A DNA stretch of 64,000 nt from Azolla caroliniana. Its lineage: Eukaryota > Plantae > Polypodiophyta. Position numbers and translations under genes: made by a program. Below are positions 11,687 to 22,858 of the stretch, piece by piece (positions within the stretch are counted from its first letter, which is position 1; every line of letters begins with the position of its first letter). The DNA lies in NCBI GenBank assembly GCA_043228905.1, contig JBHGNT010000010.1, positions 17,794,001 through 17,858,000 of the forward strand, read 5' to 3'. Under the pieces are notes generated by a model. That model was not told the DNA's origin, did not search any database, and was given only the letters and a program-made list of their open reading frames with translations.

Positions 11687-14600
11687 ATGTCTCGCAAATC
11701 GGGGAGTAGCAACAGGTGTGTTTATATTACTTTTTTTGTGTTTAATCCTGTCTTTAGTGATTAGGGTTTGTGATTGAAATTTCTGATTAGGGTTTGTGAT
11801 TGAAATTTCTGATTAGGGTTTTTGATTATAAATTTCTGATTAGAATTTCTGAATAGGGTTTCTGGTTACAAATTTTGATTACAAATTAGAATTTCTGAAT
11901 AGGGTTTTTGTTTATAAATTTCTGCTTAGGATTTCTGATTAGGGTTTGTGATTGAAATTTTTTATTAGGGTTTCTGATTGAAATTTCTGATTAGGGTTTT
12001 TGATTATAAATTTCTGATTAGAATTTCTGAATAAGGTTTCTGGTTACAAACTTCTGATTACAGATTTTGATTAGGGTTTCTGATTTCAAACTTCTGATTA
12101 CAGATTTTGATTAGGGTTTCTGATTTCAAATTTTTTAATACAAATTATGATTAGGGTTTCTGATTTGCTAAGTTAAAGATTTTGCACCATTTTTGTTGTT
12201 GTTGATTGAGGTTTTTGATTCTCACATATTCTGATTTTGCACTATTTCTGATTTCTGAAATGATATTTCAGATGGCTCGTTCCTCCGTATACGAGAGTGC
12301 TAAACTTCGCAAAATTTTGCGAGACAAAGGAGGACTTCCACAACACCTATGGTCTGTCACTCGAGGGTGTTGACCCTGCTGTCCTAAGTAATAAATTGAT
12401 CAGTGATATAGACTGGATGACAGTATATACAGTGCCTAGAGTCAAAGGCAAGGTCAAGCTGAAGCATGTACGAGCCGACTTGTACGATGACTGCATGAGA
12501 CTGCACCAAAAAGTTCATCAGGAGATCCCAGTCAACAATGAGTTGTCAGTTTCATTTGCTAGAGCATTTGCATATGAGTACTGCAAAACAACGAAGGAAT
12601 CTAGAGACCCTGAAATGTATAGGGTAGCTTGGGTAGTCTATGGTGAGGCATCGGTAAAAAGATGCCGAAAGATGGGGACCTTGGCACAAAAAATAGACAG
12701 ATTTTGGAGCATGGCAGCTGTTGATGCAACTGCCGACTCCCAGCAAGACCGGGGGCATACACCACACCGACACCCAAGGAAAGCCAATGTCGATGATACA
12801 GGTGAGACATTGGTTAGCTATATGCTAAAAAATGTCCATGAAGCCTGTGAGACATTGGCATTTTTTAAGACTGATTTAGAGAAAGCCACAATGGCTTCTG
12901 CAATGGAGAGCAAAGTTACTTCTGCTGTTACAACAATTAGAAATAAGATTCAGGTAACTATTGTTTTGCTGGTATGTGATTGTGTTATAAATAACGGGTA
13001 AAATGTGCTAATCAAGCATTATCTGGAATAGGTTGCGCAACAGGAGCTTGAATTAGAGGGGCCACTGGATCCCCAGCGTAAAATAGAACTGCAAATAGAG
13101 ATCCAGGTTCTTTCAATGAACTTGGACCTTCTAGGTGTAAATACTGTTGCAGATTACAATTTGGATAAGCTTCAAGTAAGTTAACGATTCCTGAGCAAAG
13201 TTGGTGTATCTTTCAACAACAAGAATAATTAATCGGTAAATTTCTCTGTTGCGTTGAAGGAACAATACATTCATCAAGAACAGGTAGTTAGCTGCCTTAA
13301 GAAGAAGCTACATTTTGTGGAGGGAATGGTAAGGACCAGACAGGATTTGGACCTGAACATTCTTGCTCCCTTACCAAATGAAGTAGAACCAGAAAATGAT
13401 TTATTGACAGTTCAAGCACGTTGCATCGCTTGCGGGTTAGGTGTGGAGGACAAAACTGCGTCTTTGTTGGTTCACCTACAACCATGCAACCACACATACC
13501 ATCTGCTTTGTTTTCAACATGCCTGTCGAATTGCTGCATTCTGTTTGGGAGATTGCAGTACAACTCTACCAAATGAGTGGAGAAAACAAACAGGTATACC
13601 ATACTGTAGCTAATAAGCTTAGTCTTTTCTAATTAGCTATCCTACTAGCTAATTAGCTACTGGCAGCTAATGAGCTACTAGCTAATTAGCTATCCTAGTA
13701 GCTAATTAGCTATGGTACTAGCTAATTAGCTAGTACCATAGTTGTGTAAAAAAGCTAAATAGCTATCCTACTAGCTAATTAGCCATTGGCAACTAATTAG
13801 CTATCCTAGTAACTAATTAGCTACTGCCATAGTTGTGTAAAGTAGCTAATAAGCTATCCTAGTAGCTAGTTAGCTATGGTACTAGCTAATTAGCTAGTAC
13901 CATAGTTGTGTAAAAAAGCTAATTAGTTATCCTACTAGCTAATTAGCTACTGGCAACTAATTAGCTATCCTACTAGCTAATTAGCTATCATAGTAGCTAA
14001 TTAGCTACTGACATAGTTGCGTAAAGTAGCTAATAAGCTATCCTAGTAGCTAGTTAGCTATGGTACTAGCTAATTAGCTAGTACCATAGTTGTGTAAAAA
14101 AGCTAATTAGCTATCCTACTAGCTAATTAGCTACTGGCAACTAATTAGCTATCCTACTAGCTAATTAGCTATCCTACTAGCTAATTAGCTATCATAGTAG
14201 CTAATTAGCTACTGACATAGTTGTGTAAAGTAGCTAATAAGCTATCCTAGTAGCTAATTAGCTACTGGCAGCTAATTAGCTGTCCTAGTAGCTAATAAGG
14301 TATCCTAGCTACTACATAGTTGAGAAAGTAGCTAATTAGCTTTCATTGTAGCTAATTAGCTATCCTAGCTACCACCATAGTTAGTAAAGTAGCTAATTAG
14401 CTATCCTAGCTACTACCATAGTTAGTAAAGTAGCTAATTAGCTATCCTAGCTACTACCATAGTTGAGTAAAGTAGCTAATTAGCTACCATAGTAGCTAAT
14501 TAGCTATCCTAGCTACTACTATAGTTGTGTAAAGTAGCTAATAAGCTATCCTACTAGCTAATTAGCTATCCTAGTAGGTAATTAGCTATGGTACTAGCTA

Positions 14601-17150
14601 ATTAGCTAGTACTATAGTTGTGTAAAAAAGCTAATTAGGTATCCTACTAGCTAATTAGCCACTGGCAACTAATTAGCTATCCTAGTAACTAATTAGCTAC
14701 TGCCATAGTTGTGTAAAGTAGCTAATAAGCTATCCTAGTAGCTAATTAGCTACTAGCAGCTAATTAGCTATCCTAGTAGCTAATTAGCTACTACCATAGT
14801 TGAGTAAAGTACCTAATTAGCTATCCTACTAGCTAATTAGCTACTGGCAACTAATTAGCTATCCTAGTAGCTAATTAGCTATCCTACTAGCTAATTAGCT
14901 GCTGGCAACTAATTAGCTATCCTACTAGCGAATTAGCTATCCTAGCGAATTAGCTATCCTAGTAGCTACTGCCATAGTTGTGTAAAGTAGCTAATAAGCT
15001 ATCCTAGTAGCTAATTAGCTACTGGCAGCTAATTAGCTATCCTAGTAGCTAATTAGCTACTAGCAGCTAATTAGCTATCCTAGTAGCTAATAAGCTATCC
15101 TAACTACTACCATAGTTGAGTAAAGTACCTAATTAGCTATCCTAACTACTACCATAGTTGAGTAAAGTACCTAATTAGCTATCATACTAGCTAATTAGCT
15201 ATCGTACTAGCTAATTAGCTATCGTACTAGCTAATTAGCTATCCTAGCTTCTACCATAGTTTAGTAAAGTAGCTAATTAGCTATCCTAAATAACTGTCAT
15301 GTTATTGTAGAATCTTGTGGATTAAGGACGACACATGATGTGTCTGGTGCTGATGATGCTGCAACAGATGAGGATACTACTGCCAATGTGGCTGAAAGTA
15401 AGAGTCCTGCTATCACATCTCCTTCAGATCAGCTGCACCCTATTCTTTTGGAACAGTGTACTGAATTAGGCAACGATGTGAAATGCCATGAAATAGTGGA
15501 AACAACATGTAAAACTGAGGTTCACAACAACAGTGTTTATGAACACTTGATGCAACATTTCTTCGAATCTCAAGACCTTGATTCCACCCCACCGAGCCCA
15601 ACTACTGAAAATGTCCAAACAGATCCCTCTGTACTTGAAAAGCTAGTTCAAGAAACAGCTGATGTGCAATTAGCTGCTGAGGCGATGGGAAGGTTGTCGG
15701 AGGAGGACACACTTGCGCATTGGGTCCTAGAAGCAAGGCTAAATGGGGAACCAACCAGAAAAAGGCTGAAGAAGGGGCCACGATCGGGAACAAGACCAGT
15801 TACTCGGTCAAGGGGCCCAGACGTAGTGGAGCGAAATACTGTTTAGTTGGATATGATTGTTAGCTTAGGGATTTTGCTAGGGTTTTATGAAGTTTTACTA
15901 TCCTGTTGGACAAGTAAAACCTCAGATTGGTTGTTGCTTGATCCACATTATGTAATGGAACTCTATGATGTTTTTCCAAGATAATTTGAAGAGTGTTGTT
16001 CTATGACTGAAACTCTTTGATGTTCAGGATATTGTTTTGTGAGACTAGTAGTTACTTTGTGAGTGTGAATATGTTGGTGTTTTCTGATGTTGCAGAGTCT
16101 AAAGGGTTTGATTCTATTGCTCGTAAGGCCAATGGCAGTGTGGATACTGTTGATGTTGCGGCATGTTTAAAGGGCCCCATCTTGAAAGTAGATGTAGCAA
16201 CTGACACAAGTGATCTGGTCACACAAGTTGATCAAGCATGTAGCACGGATGACTTGGTGTTGCAGGTAGATGCAGCATGTAGCACGGATGACTTGGTGTT
16301 GCAGGTAGATGCAGCATGTAGCACGGATGACTTGGTGTTGCAGGTAGATGCAGCATGTGATACCAGTGGACTGATATCGAGCAGAACAGTAGCTACATGC
16401 ACTGAGGTAATCCAAGGATTGATAACTAAGTCGACAAAACAAGAGCACCAGAATGTGAAGCTAGGCCCAACACAGTCGACTAGGGGTTTAAAGAGGAAAA
16501 GGACACCAGTTGTGTCAGCCGAACCTGAGCTGATTGAGATTGATCGTATCCTACCAGAAAATGGTGTAACAGCGGCTCAGTTTCAGGAATGGAAACCTAA
16601 ACCACTAGAAGTCGAGCGAAGAGCCTTGATCTTGGAGCTTGATAAAGTCTTGATGAGTGTGAGATATATGCAGCCAAGGAGGGACGCAAATCAGTTTCTA
16701 GAGTGGGCTGTGGAGTACTTCGATTTGTTTATTTGGAGTGAAAAACCAAAATCAGATGTGTGGAAGTGTTTGGCAAGATTCTTCCCAAAATGGCGAAGTC
16801 GTTTTAAAGGTCAATGGGCACGAGAAAATTGTGAGCAGATGGAAGCTGCAAGATTCAAGAGGCTTTCTGATTTTTGGGCTACTTGGCCTGAATATAATGC
16901 TGACAATACATTGATTTTGGATACAGAACATTTCCGACACTACTTCAATATTCGGAGATGCTGTCTCATTCTACCCGAGGAAATGCCTGAACAGTACCTG
17001 GTGCAAACAGTGAGCTGCCAACTAGGTGCATGGTTGTGGACTCCATACCGAGCTCAATATGCGGATAATATATGTAGACTCGTTCCACTGACTAGCAAGA
17101 GCTTAGCTGTTTATAGGAGATTTGTAGACATTTCCAATGGTAATTTATAA
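11687..17150 (+). CDS. Transposon cargo gene: coiled-coil + RING-H2 + repeats + degenerate FCP1/SCP (HAD) domain; predicted exons 11687-11715, 12272-12953, 13032-13175, 13260-13593, 15311-15397, 16096-17150 (about 776 aa)
   Basis: All five GT..AG junctions are phase-compatible (total 2331 nt). RING-H2-like CIAC...CNHTYHLLC...CLGDC. FCP1-like LILELDKVL...FLEWAVEYFDLFIWS...NTLILD. Alternative ends are possible at 13613 or 15846. Confidence 0.65.
11757..12165 (+). repeat. Degenerate ~26-bp tandem array of telo-box (TTAGGGTTT) units in cargo gene intron 1
   Basis: Repeated gattagggttt(g/c)tgattgaaatttct units lie between the donor at 11716 and the acceptor at 12271. Confidence 0.85.
13608..15290. 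repeat. Palindromic AGCTAATTAGCT minisatellite array (intron 4 of cargo gene)
   Basis: Dozens of ~20-bp units with higher-order structure, including the perfect 32-bp palindrome CTATGGTACTAGCTAATTAGCTAGTACCATAG at 13710-13741. Confidence 0.95.
15340..15846 (+). CDS. Acidic ORF with C-terminal NLS-like RKRLKK; possible alternative terminal exon of the cargo gene
   Basis: In frame with the acceptor at 15310 if the donor at 15398 is skipped. Confidence 0.4.
   Translation: MSGADDAATDEDTTANVAESKSPAITSPSDQLHPILLEQCTELGNDVKCHEIVETTCKTEVHNNSVYEHLMQHFFESQDLDSTPPSPTTENVQTDPSVLEKLVQETADVQLAAEAMGRLSEEDTLAHWVLEARLNGEPTRKRLKKGPRSGTRPVTRSRGPDVVERNTV
16236..16358 (+). repeat. Coding 39-bp tandem repeat (ACSTDDLVLQVDA x3 plus degenerate flanks)
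   Basis: Three exact copies of gcatgtagcacggatgacttggtgttgcaggtagatgca. Confidence 0.9.
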
Positions 17151-17280
17151 ATATGTAAAGAGATGACATTATTCAATGAAGAATTTAATTACTTGTTCCC
17201 ACTGTACTTATCTACTGTGTAATTTGAGGAATATGTTGCAGATTGTTGATTTCATTCTATTGATGACTATTTAGCTATTG

Positions 17281-18065
17281 ACAGCTAATTAGCTGCATTT
17301 GTACAGCTAATTAGCTACTGATGACTATTTCGCTATAACTTATAACTTAAAACTTAACAAAAAAGACATGATTTTATTGAGAAAGAAGCACAGAAAGCAG
17401 ACTGTATACAAGAAATTGATTCCAAACGAATTTATTGATCTGTTTTCGCGAAATACATGTTTGTTTTACAAGAGAACATGGTAAGTGCTACTTGTAGCTA
17501 CAAATTCCGTGGCATACTATTGTAAATACATTTGTACAGCTAATTAGCTGCATTTGTACAGCTAATTAGCTACTGATGACTATTTCGCTATAACTTATAA
17601 CTTAAAACTTAACAAAAAAGACATGATTTTATTGAGAAAGAAGCACAGAAAGCAGACTGTATACAAGAAATTGATTCCAAACGAATTTATTGATCTGTTT
17701 TCGCGAAATACATGTTTGTTTTACAAGAGAACATGGTAAGTGCTACTTGTAGCTACAAATTCCATGGCATACTATTGTAAATACATTTGTACAGCTAATT
17801 AGCTGCATTTGTACAGCTAATTAGCTGCATTTGTACAGCTAATTAGCTACTGATGACTATTTCACTATAACTTATAACTTAAAACTTAACAAAAAAGACA
17901 TGATTTTATTGAGAAAGAAGCACAGAAAGCAGACTGTATACAAGAAATTGATTCCAAACGAATTTATTGATCTGTTTTCGCGAAATACATGTTTGTTTTA
18001 CAAGAGAACATGGTAAGTGCTACTTGTAGCTACAAATTCCATGGCATACTATTGTAAATACATTC
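17281..18065. repeat. Three ~255-bp tandem copies covering the transposase 3' UTR and last codons
   Basis: Near-identical blocks end in ctacaaattcc(a/g)tggcatactattgtaaatacatt, which is the transposase C-terminus (YNSMPWNL*). Confidence 0.9.
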
Positions 18066-21000
18066 ATACACATTAGCACCAACAGTGTATAAACCGGAGC
18101 AGCTATTGTATTCTGACATTGGGACGTTGATGCATCTGACCAAATGAGAGTACATATACGCCGCTGGTTTGTCTTCTAACAGCCTGTACACATATTCGTA
18201 GTCATCTAGTTTTGCATAAAAAATGCCTTCGATGTAGAATGTCCCGGCAGATACAAAATTTCCCCATGCATCTACAATATTCTGCCTTGCACACTGTTTA
18301 CTAACCGTGCACTTTAATATATAGAAATCAGCACCCTCTGAATTGCCTTCTTCAGCATTTACAACGAAGTTATCCCCAACGTTCAGGACATCACTCAAAG
18401 TATCTCCAAGTCCCTCATATGTGAAGTCAGCATTCTGCCCTGTTTCTCCATCAACTGCTTCCTTATCATTCAAAGTGTGATACTCCCAATTCTGAATGTA
18501 TGCTTTGTTTAGACAATATCTCCAATTTCCCTGCACACAATGGAAGCAAAAACAAGTCAATTCTCTAACCGCAATACAATGACCATCCAACCTGGAATAA
18601 CCGCGAACAACATGCAAAGATCGCAATTCGGGAATTCCTTGGCACTCCCAGGTCTTCTCCCTATTTACTTCATCTATCTTCACTTCCCAAAATTCACATT
18701 TGATATCTCGAACTTGCGAGGAATAAACACCTATGGCACTCGTCGACATATTTGTTCTTAAAAATTCAACTACATGTGATGCACAATTCATGTGCACACC
18801 ATCTGTCTTTAGTTGTTCATGGGTAAGTGCCCGCTTTATAACAGCCCCTGCACCATCATGTTCACCTTTACCATGGCCAGACCCAAAAAAATTCCATCTC
18901 ATCTCCAAACCTGTTATAGCAGGATACCTCCCCACAAAATAAAATGGACGTCGAGCCTTGAATTGTGACGCAGCTCCGTCAGACCAGACCCAATGTTGAG
19001 TAAGCTCCAAACGTTGAGCTAATAACCACTGCCAATGTAACTTAAAACAGTGTTGGACGAACAAGGTATCATGCTTCTTATCATCGGAAATAAAGAAATG
19101 AATTACTTTTTTAACATCACCTGAAACTCGAAAATATGTTATGTGCACAAAAATGGTTACCTGAACTGAACACCAATGCATAGATTGAATTTCATTCTGC
19201 TGCTTGAAAGTATAATTCTCTGCGAAATCTACTACTGAGACTACTACATCATTTGGGAAATCAGATATGCAAGTCTTAAACTGATGGGCCTGCCATGAAT
19301 AAATGAAGTTGTGTTTAATGAACTTTCCTAGAGATACTACAAACAGAGACACCAAATCCCTTGGTTTAAGCATCTTCCGAACTAGATCCTTTCTTTTACA
19401 CACCTTTCCTTCGAAATTGGTGTTCACTGACTCAAATAACTTCACAGAGATCAATATTTCACTACTCAATTCATTTGGACACCACCTAAATCTAGTAGGG
19501 CCACAATCTTGACATAAACCCATGACACATTTATGAATATGGAAGATAGCGTCAGATTCTCTCGGACACAATATTGAATCTAATAAATAACTCATGGAAG
19601 AGATAACGTGCTCAGATGATTTACACTCCTCTTGCGGGCTTGATCGACAGATTGGGCACCCACATGTGCAAACTGTATTAGTTAGGGATGCGCTATGGTG
19701 ACGTAGTAGATTAACAGAGTCCTTCAGAAAACCCATCTGTACATGGTAAATGCAACAACATGTGTATCGATCCTTTAAGCGTCTCACAAAGTGTGGCTTA
19801 AGAGACTCGAATGTTCGTAGTTGAACTTTGATAGTTGGATGCATTCGTTTGAACCTAATAAATAAATCGACCTGCGTAATAAAGGGGAATTAGTTATTCT
19901 CGTAACTAGCTAACTATCCTAGTAGCTAATTAGCTATTCTAGTAGCTAGTTAGCTATTCTAGTAGCTAGTTAGCTATTCTAGTAGCTAATTAGCTATCAT
20001 GGTAGCTAATTAGCTATCCTAGTAGCTAATTAGTTGTCCTAGTAGCTAATTAGCTATCATGGTAGTTAATTAGCTGTCGTAGTAGCTAATTAGCTATCAT
20101 GGTAGCTAATTAGCTATTCTAGTAGCTAATTAGCTATCATGGTAGCTAATTAGCTGTCGTAGTAGCTAATTAGCTATCATGGTAGCTAATTAGCTGTCCT
20201 AGTAGCTAATTGGTTGTCCTAGTAGCTAATTAGCTATCATGGTAGCTAATTAGCTATTCTAGTAGCTAATTAGCTATCATGGTGGCTAATTAGCTGTCGT
20301 AGTAGCTAATTAGCTATCATGGTAGCTAATTAGCTGTCCTAGTAACTAATTAGTTGTCCTAGTAGCTAATTAGCTATCATGGTAGCTAATTAGCTGCTCT
20401 AGTAGCTAATTAGCTATCATGGTGGCTAATTAGCTTTCCTAGTAACTAATTAGCTATCATGGTAGCTAATTAGCTTGTCTAGTAGCTAATTAGCTATCAT
20501 GGTGGCTAATTAGCTTTCCTAGTAACTATTTAGCTATCATGGTAGCTAATTAGCTGGTCTAGTAGCTAATTAGCTATCGTGGTAGCTAATTAGCTGGTCT
20601 AGTAGCTAATTAGCTATAATGGTGGCTGATTAGCTTTCCTAGTAACTAATTAGCTATCATGGTAGCTAATTAGCTGGTATAGTAGCTAATTAGCTATCAT
20701 GGTAGCTAATTAGCTATCACGGTGGCTAATTAGTTGTCCTAGTAACTAATTAACTATCATGGTAGCTAATTAGCTATAATGGTGGCTAATTAGCTATCCT
20801 AACTAATTAGCTATCATGGTAGTAGCTATTGAGAGTAGCCAGTTACCTATGTAGTAGCTATCATAGTAGCTAATTAGCTATCATGGTAGCTAATTAGCTA
20901 TCATGGTAGCTAATTAGCTTTCCTAGTAGCTAATTAGCTGGTAATAACGAAATAGCTAACTAGCTACCATGATAGCTAACTGAGCTAATTAACTTTCCGA

Positions 21001-21787
21001 GTAGAGTCAAAACAAATGTTGAGATAAATGTAAATACCTGAGGTACATCAAGAAGATGAATGGGATGCTCCTCATATTGATTTCTTCCAACACGTTTCCT
21101 GCATAAATCCTTTTTATTGGGTGAAACCCTACTCTCATTAGTCCAAAACATTGTGATTACATCCTTGATTTCAAATGTTATGGGTGTCATTGGCTTACAT
21201 CTTGTAGTTAGCTTTAGTAGACTAGTTCCTTCACCCGAGGAAATTATACGGTTCATTGTATTGTACACTGTTTTTCTACTAACACCAATTACCTTAGATA
21301 GCTCACTGATGTTTATATCGTCAACATCACTATTAAGTAACATCATTAGACTAGACCTTTTTAAGACAAGATCATCTTCTGACCTGCTCATGGATACGAA
21401 ACTATTACGAAGATTATTTACTAAAATAGATGATGTGTTTGCATTAAGACCATCACAATCAACTAAGTCCTTTATCGATGGATCATTACATATTCCATAA
21501 AGTACTACCTTCTTTTCTTCATTGCTGATGTGCTTGGTTTGAACATTGAAATAGTCTACAACCTTTCTCTCTATGATGGTAGTCGCATTACTTACATTCT
21601 CAGCTAAACTATCCTTACCTTTACTGAGTGTGGCTTTCGTATCCTTCAACAATTGACGATGTTTCCTTTTTTTTTCTGCCCAATAGTTTCGTATGGCTTG
21701 TTGTGTCCTGATAACATCATCCCTATCCTTATGATCATTGAGGGGTAATTCTAAACACCCTTCTTCCCCTTCCATTTGGCTAGACAT
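18030..21787 (-). CDS. Sola2-like DDD transposase, 2 exons (21787-21038, 19871-18030), about 863 aa
   Basis: Catalytic motifs VDFAENY...QNEIQSMHW, WSDGAASQFK and FFGSGHGKGEHDGAGAVIKR, plus Cys-rich segments. An N-terminal HTH (ISELSKVIGVSRKTVYN) is in exon 1. Phase-0 intron CAG|GTATT ... CTAAT...TTACGCAG|GTC. No stops or frameshifts. Confidence 0.85.
19905..20992. repeat. 20-bp-period AGCTAATTAGCT satellite filling the transposase intron
   Basis: Regular (a/g)gtagctaattagctatc(c/a)t units lie between the splice sites at 19872 and 21037. Confidence 0.95.
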
Positions 21788-22119
21788 GTTAAAACCCTAA
21801 ATTTCCAGAAAAAAAAACAAGTATTAAAGATGGCTATGGGCAACAACAATACACAAAAATATTCCACACAATACACAAGATTAGACACAACAATACACAA
21901 GATAATCAATAGACAGAAAAGTTATTGCAATCCAAGACCGAACAGTAGAGGATTTCACTCTGTTGGATCCAACAGTTGAGGAGGCGATCCAAGACCGACT
22001 AATGGCAACAACTGAGTGTAGAATGTTGCCGTTGGATGAGTGAACTCCGTCAAATCGAAATGTGGAAGCAATCCGGGACTGGACAGTAGTGGCAACTGAG
22101 TATAGAATGATGGCAATGG

Positions 22120-22858
22120 AGGAGAGAACCCCGTCAGATTGAACAGTTACCGATGATGCTTGAAACGCACATAGAAGGCACTTGAGAATAGAGTGGCATA
22201 GAGAAGAGAACCCCGTCAGATTGAACAGTTACCAATGATGCTTGAAACGCACAGTAGCGGCCCCTGAGTGAGAGTGGAAAAGAGAAGAGAACCCCGTCAG
22301 ATTGAACAGTTACCAATGATGCTTGAAACGCACAGTAGCGGCCCCTGAGTGAGAGTGGAAAAGAGAAGAGAACCCCGTCAGATTGAATAGCTCTTTGATT
22401 ATGCTTGGAACGCACAGTAGCAACCCCTGAGTGTAGAGTGGCAAAGAGAAGAGAACCCCGTCAGATTGAACAGCTCTTTGATGATGCTTGGAACGCACAA
22501 CAGCGGCCCCTGAGTGTAGAGTGGCATAGAGAAGAGAACCCCCTCAGATTGAACAGCTCTTTGATGATGCTTGGAACGCACAGTAATGGCCCCTGAGTGT
22601 AGAGTGGCAAAGAGAAGAGAACCCCCTCAGATTGAACAGCTCTTTGATGATGCTTGGAACGCACAGTAATGGCCCCTGAGTGTAGAGTGGCACAGAGAAG
22701 AGAACCCCGTCAGATTGAACAGCTCTTTGATGATGCTTGGAATGCACAGTAGTGGCCCCTGAGTGTAGAGTGTCACAGAGAAGAGAACCCCGTCAGATTG
22801 AGCAGCTCTTTGATGATGCTTGGAACGCACAGTAGCGGCCCCTCAGTGTAGAGTGGCG
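22120..22858. repeat. 83-bp tandem repeat (about 9 copies) upstream of the transposase, near the right TIR
   Basis: gagaagagaaccccgtcagattgaacagctctttgatgatgcttggaacgcacagtag...cccctgagtgtagagtggc is repeated. Confidence 0.92.

Noticed and set aside
11757-12165. Interstitial telomere or chromosome-fusion scar
   Set aside because: TTAGGG occurs once per ~26-bp unit, not as contiguous TTTAGGG arrays, and it lies inside a transposon intron.
22120-22858. CRISPR-like regular array and short repeated ORFs
   Set aside because: The whole 83-bp unit repeats with no unique spacers, there are no cas genes, and the context is eukaryotic. The ORFs are by-products of the repeat.
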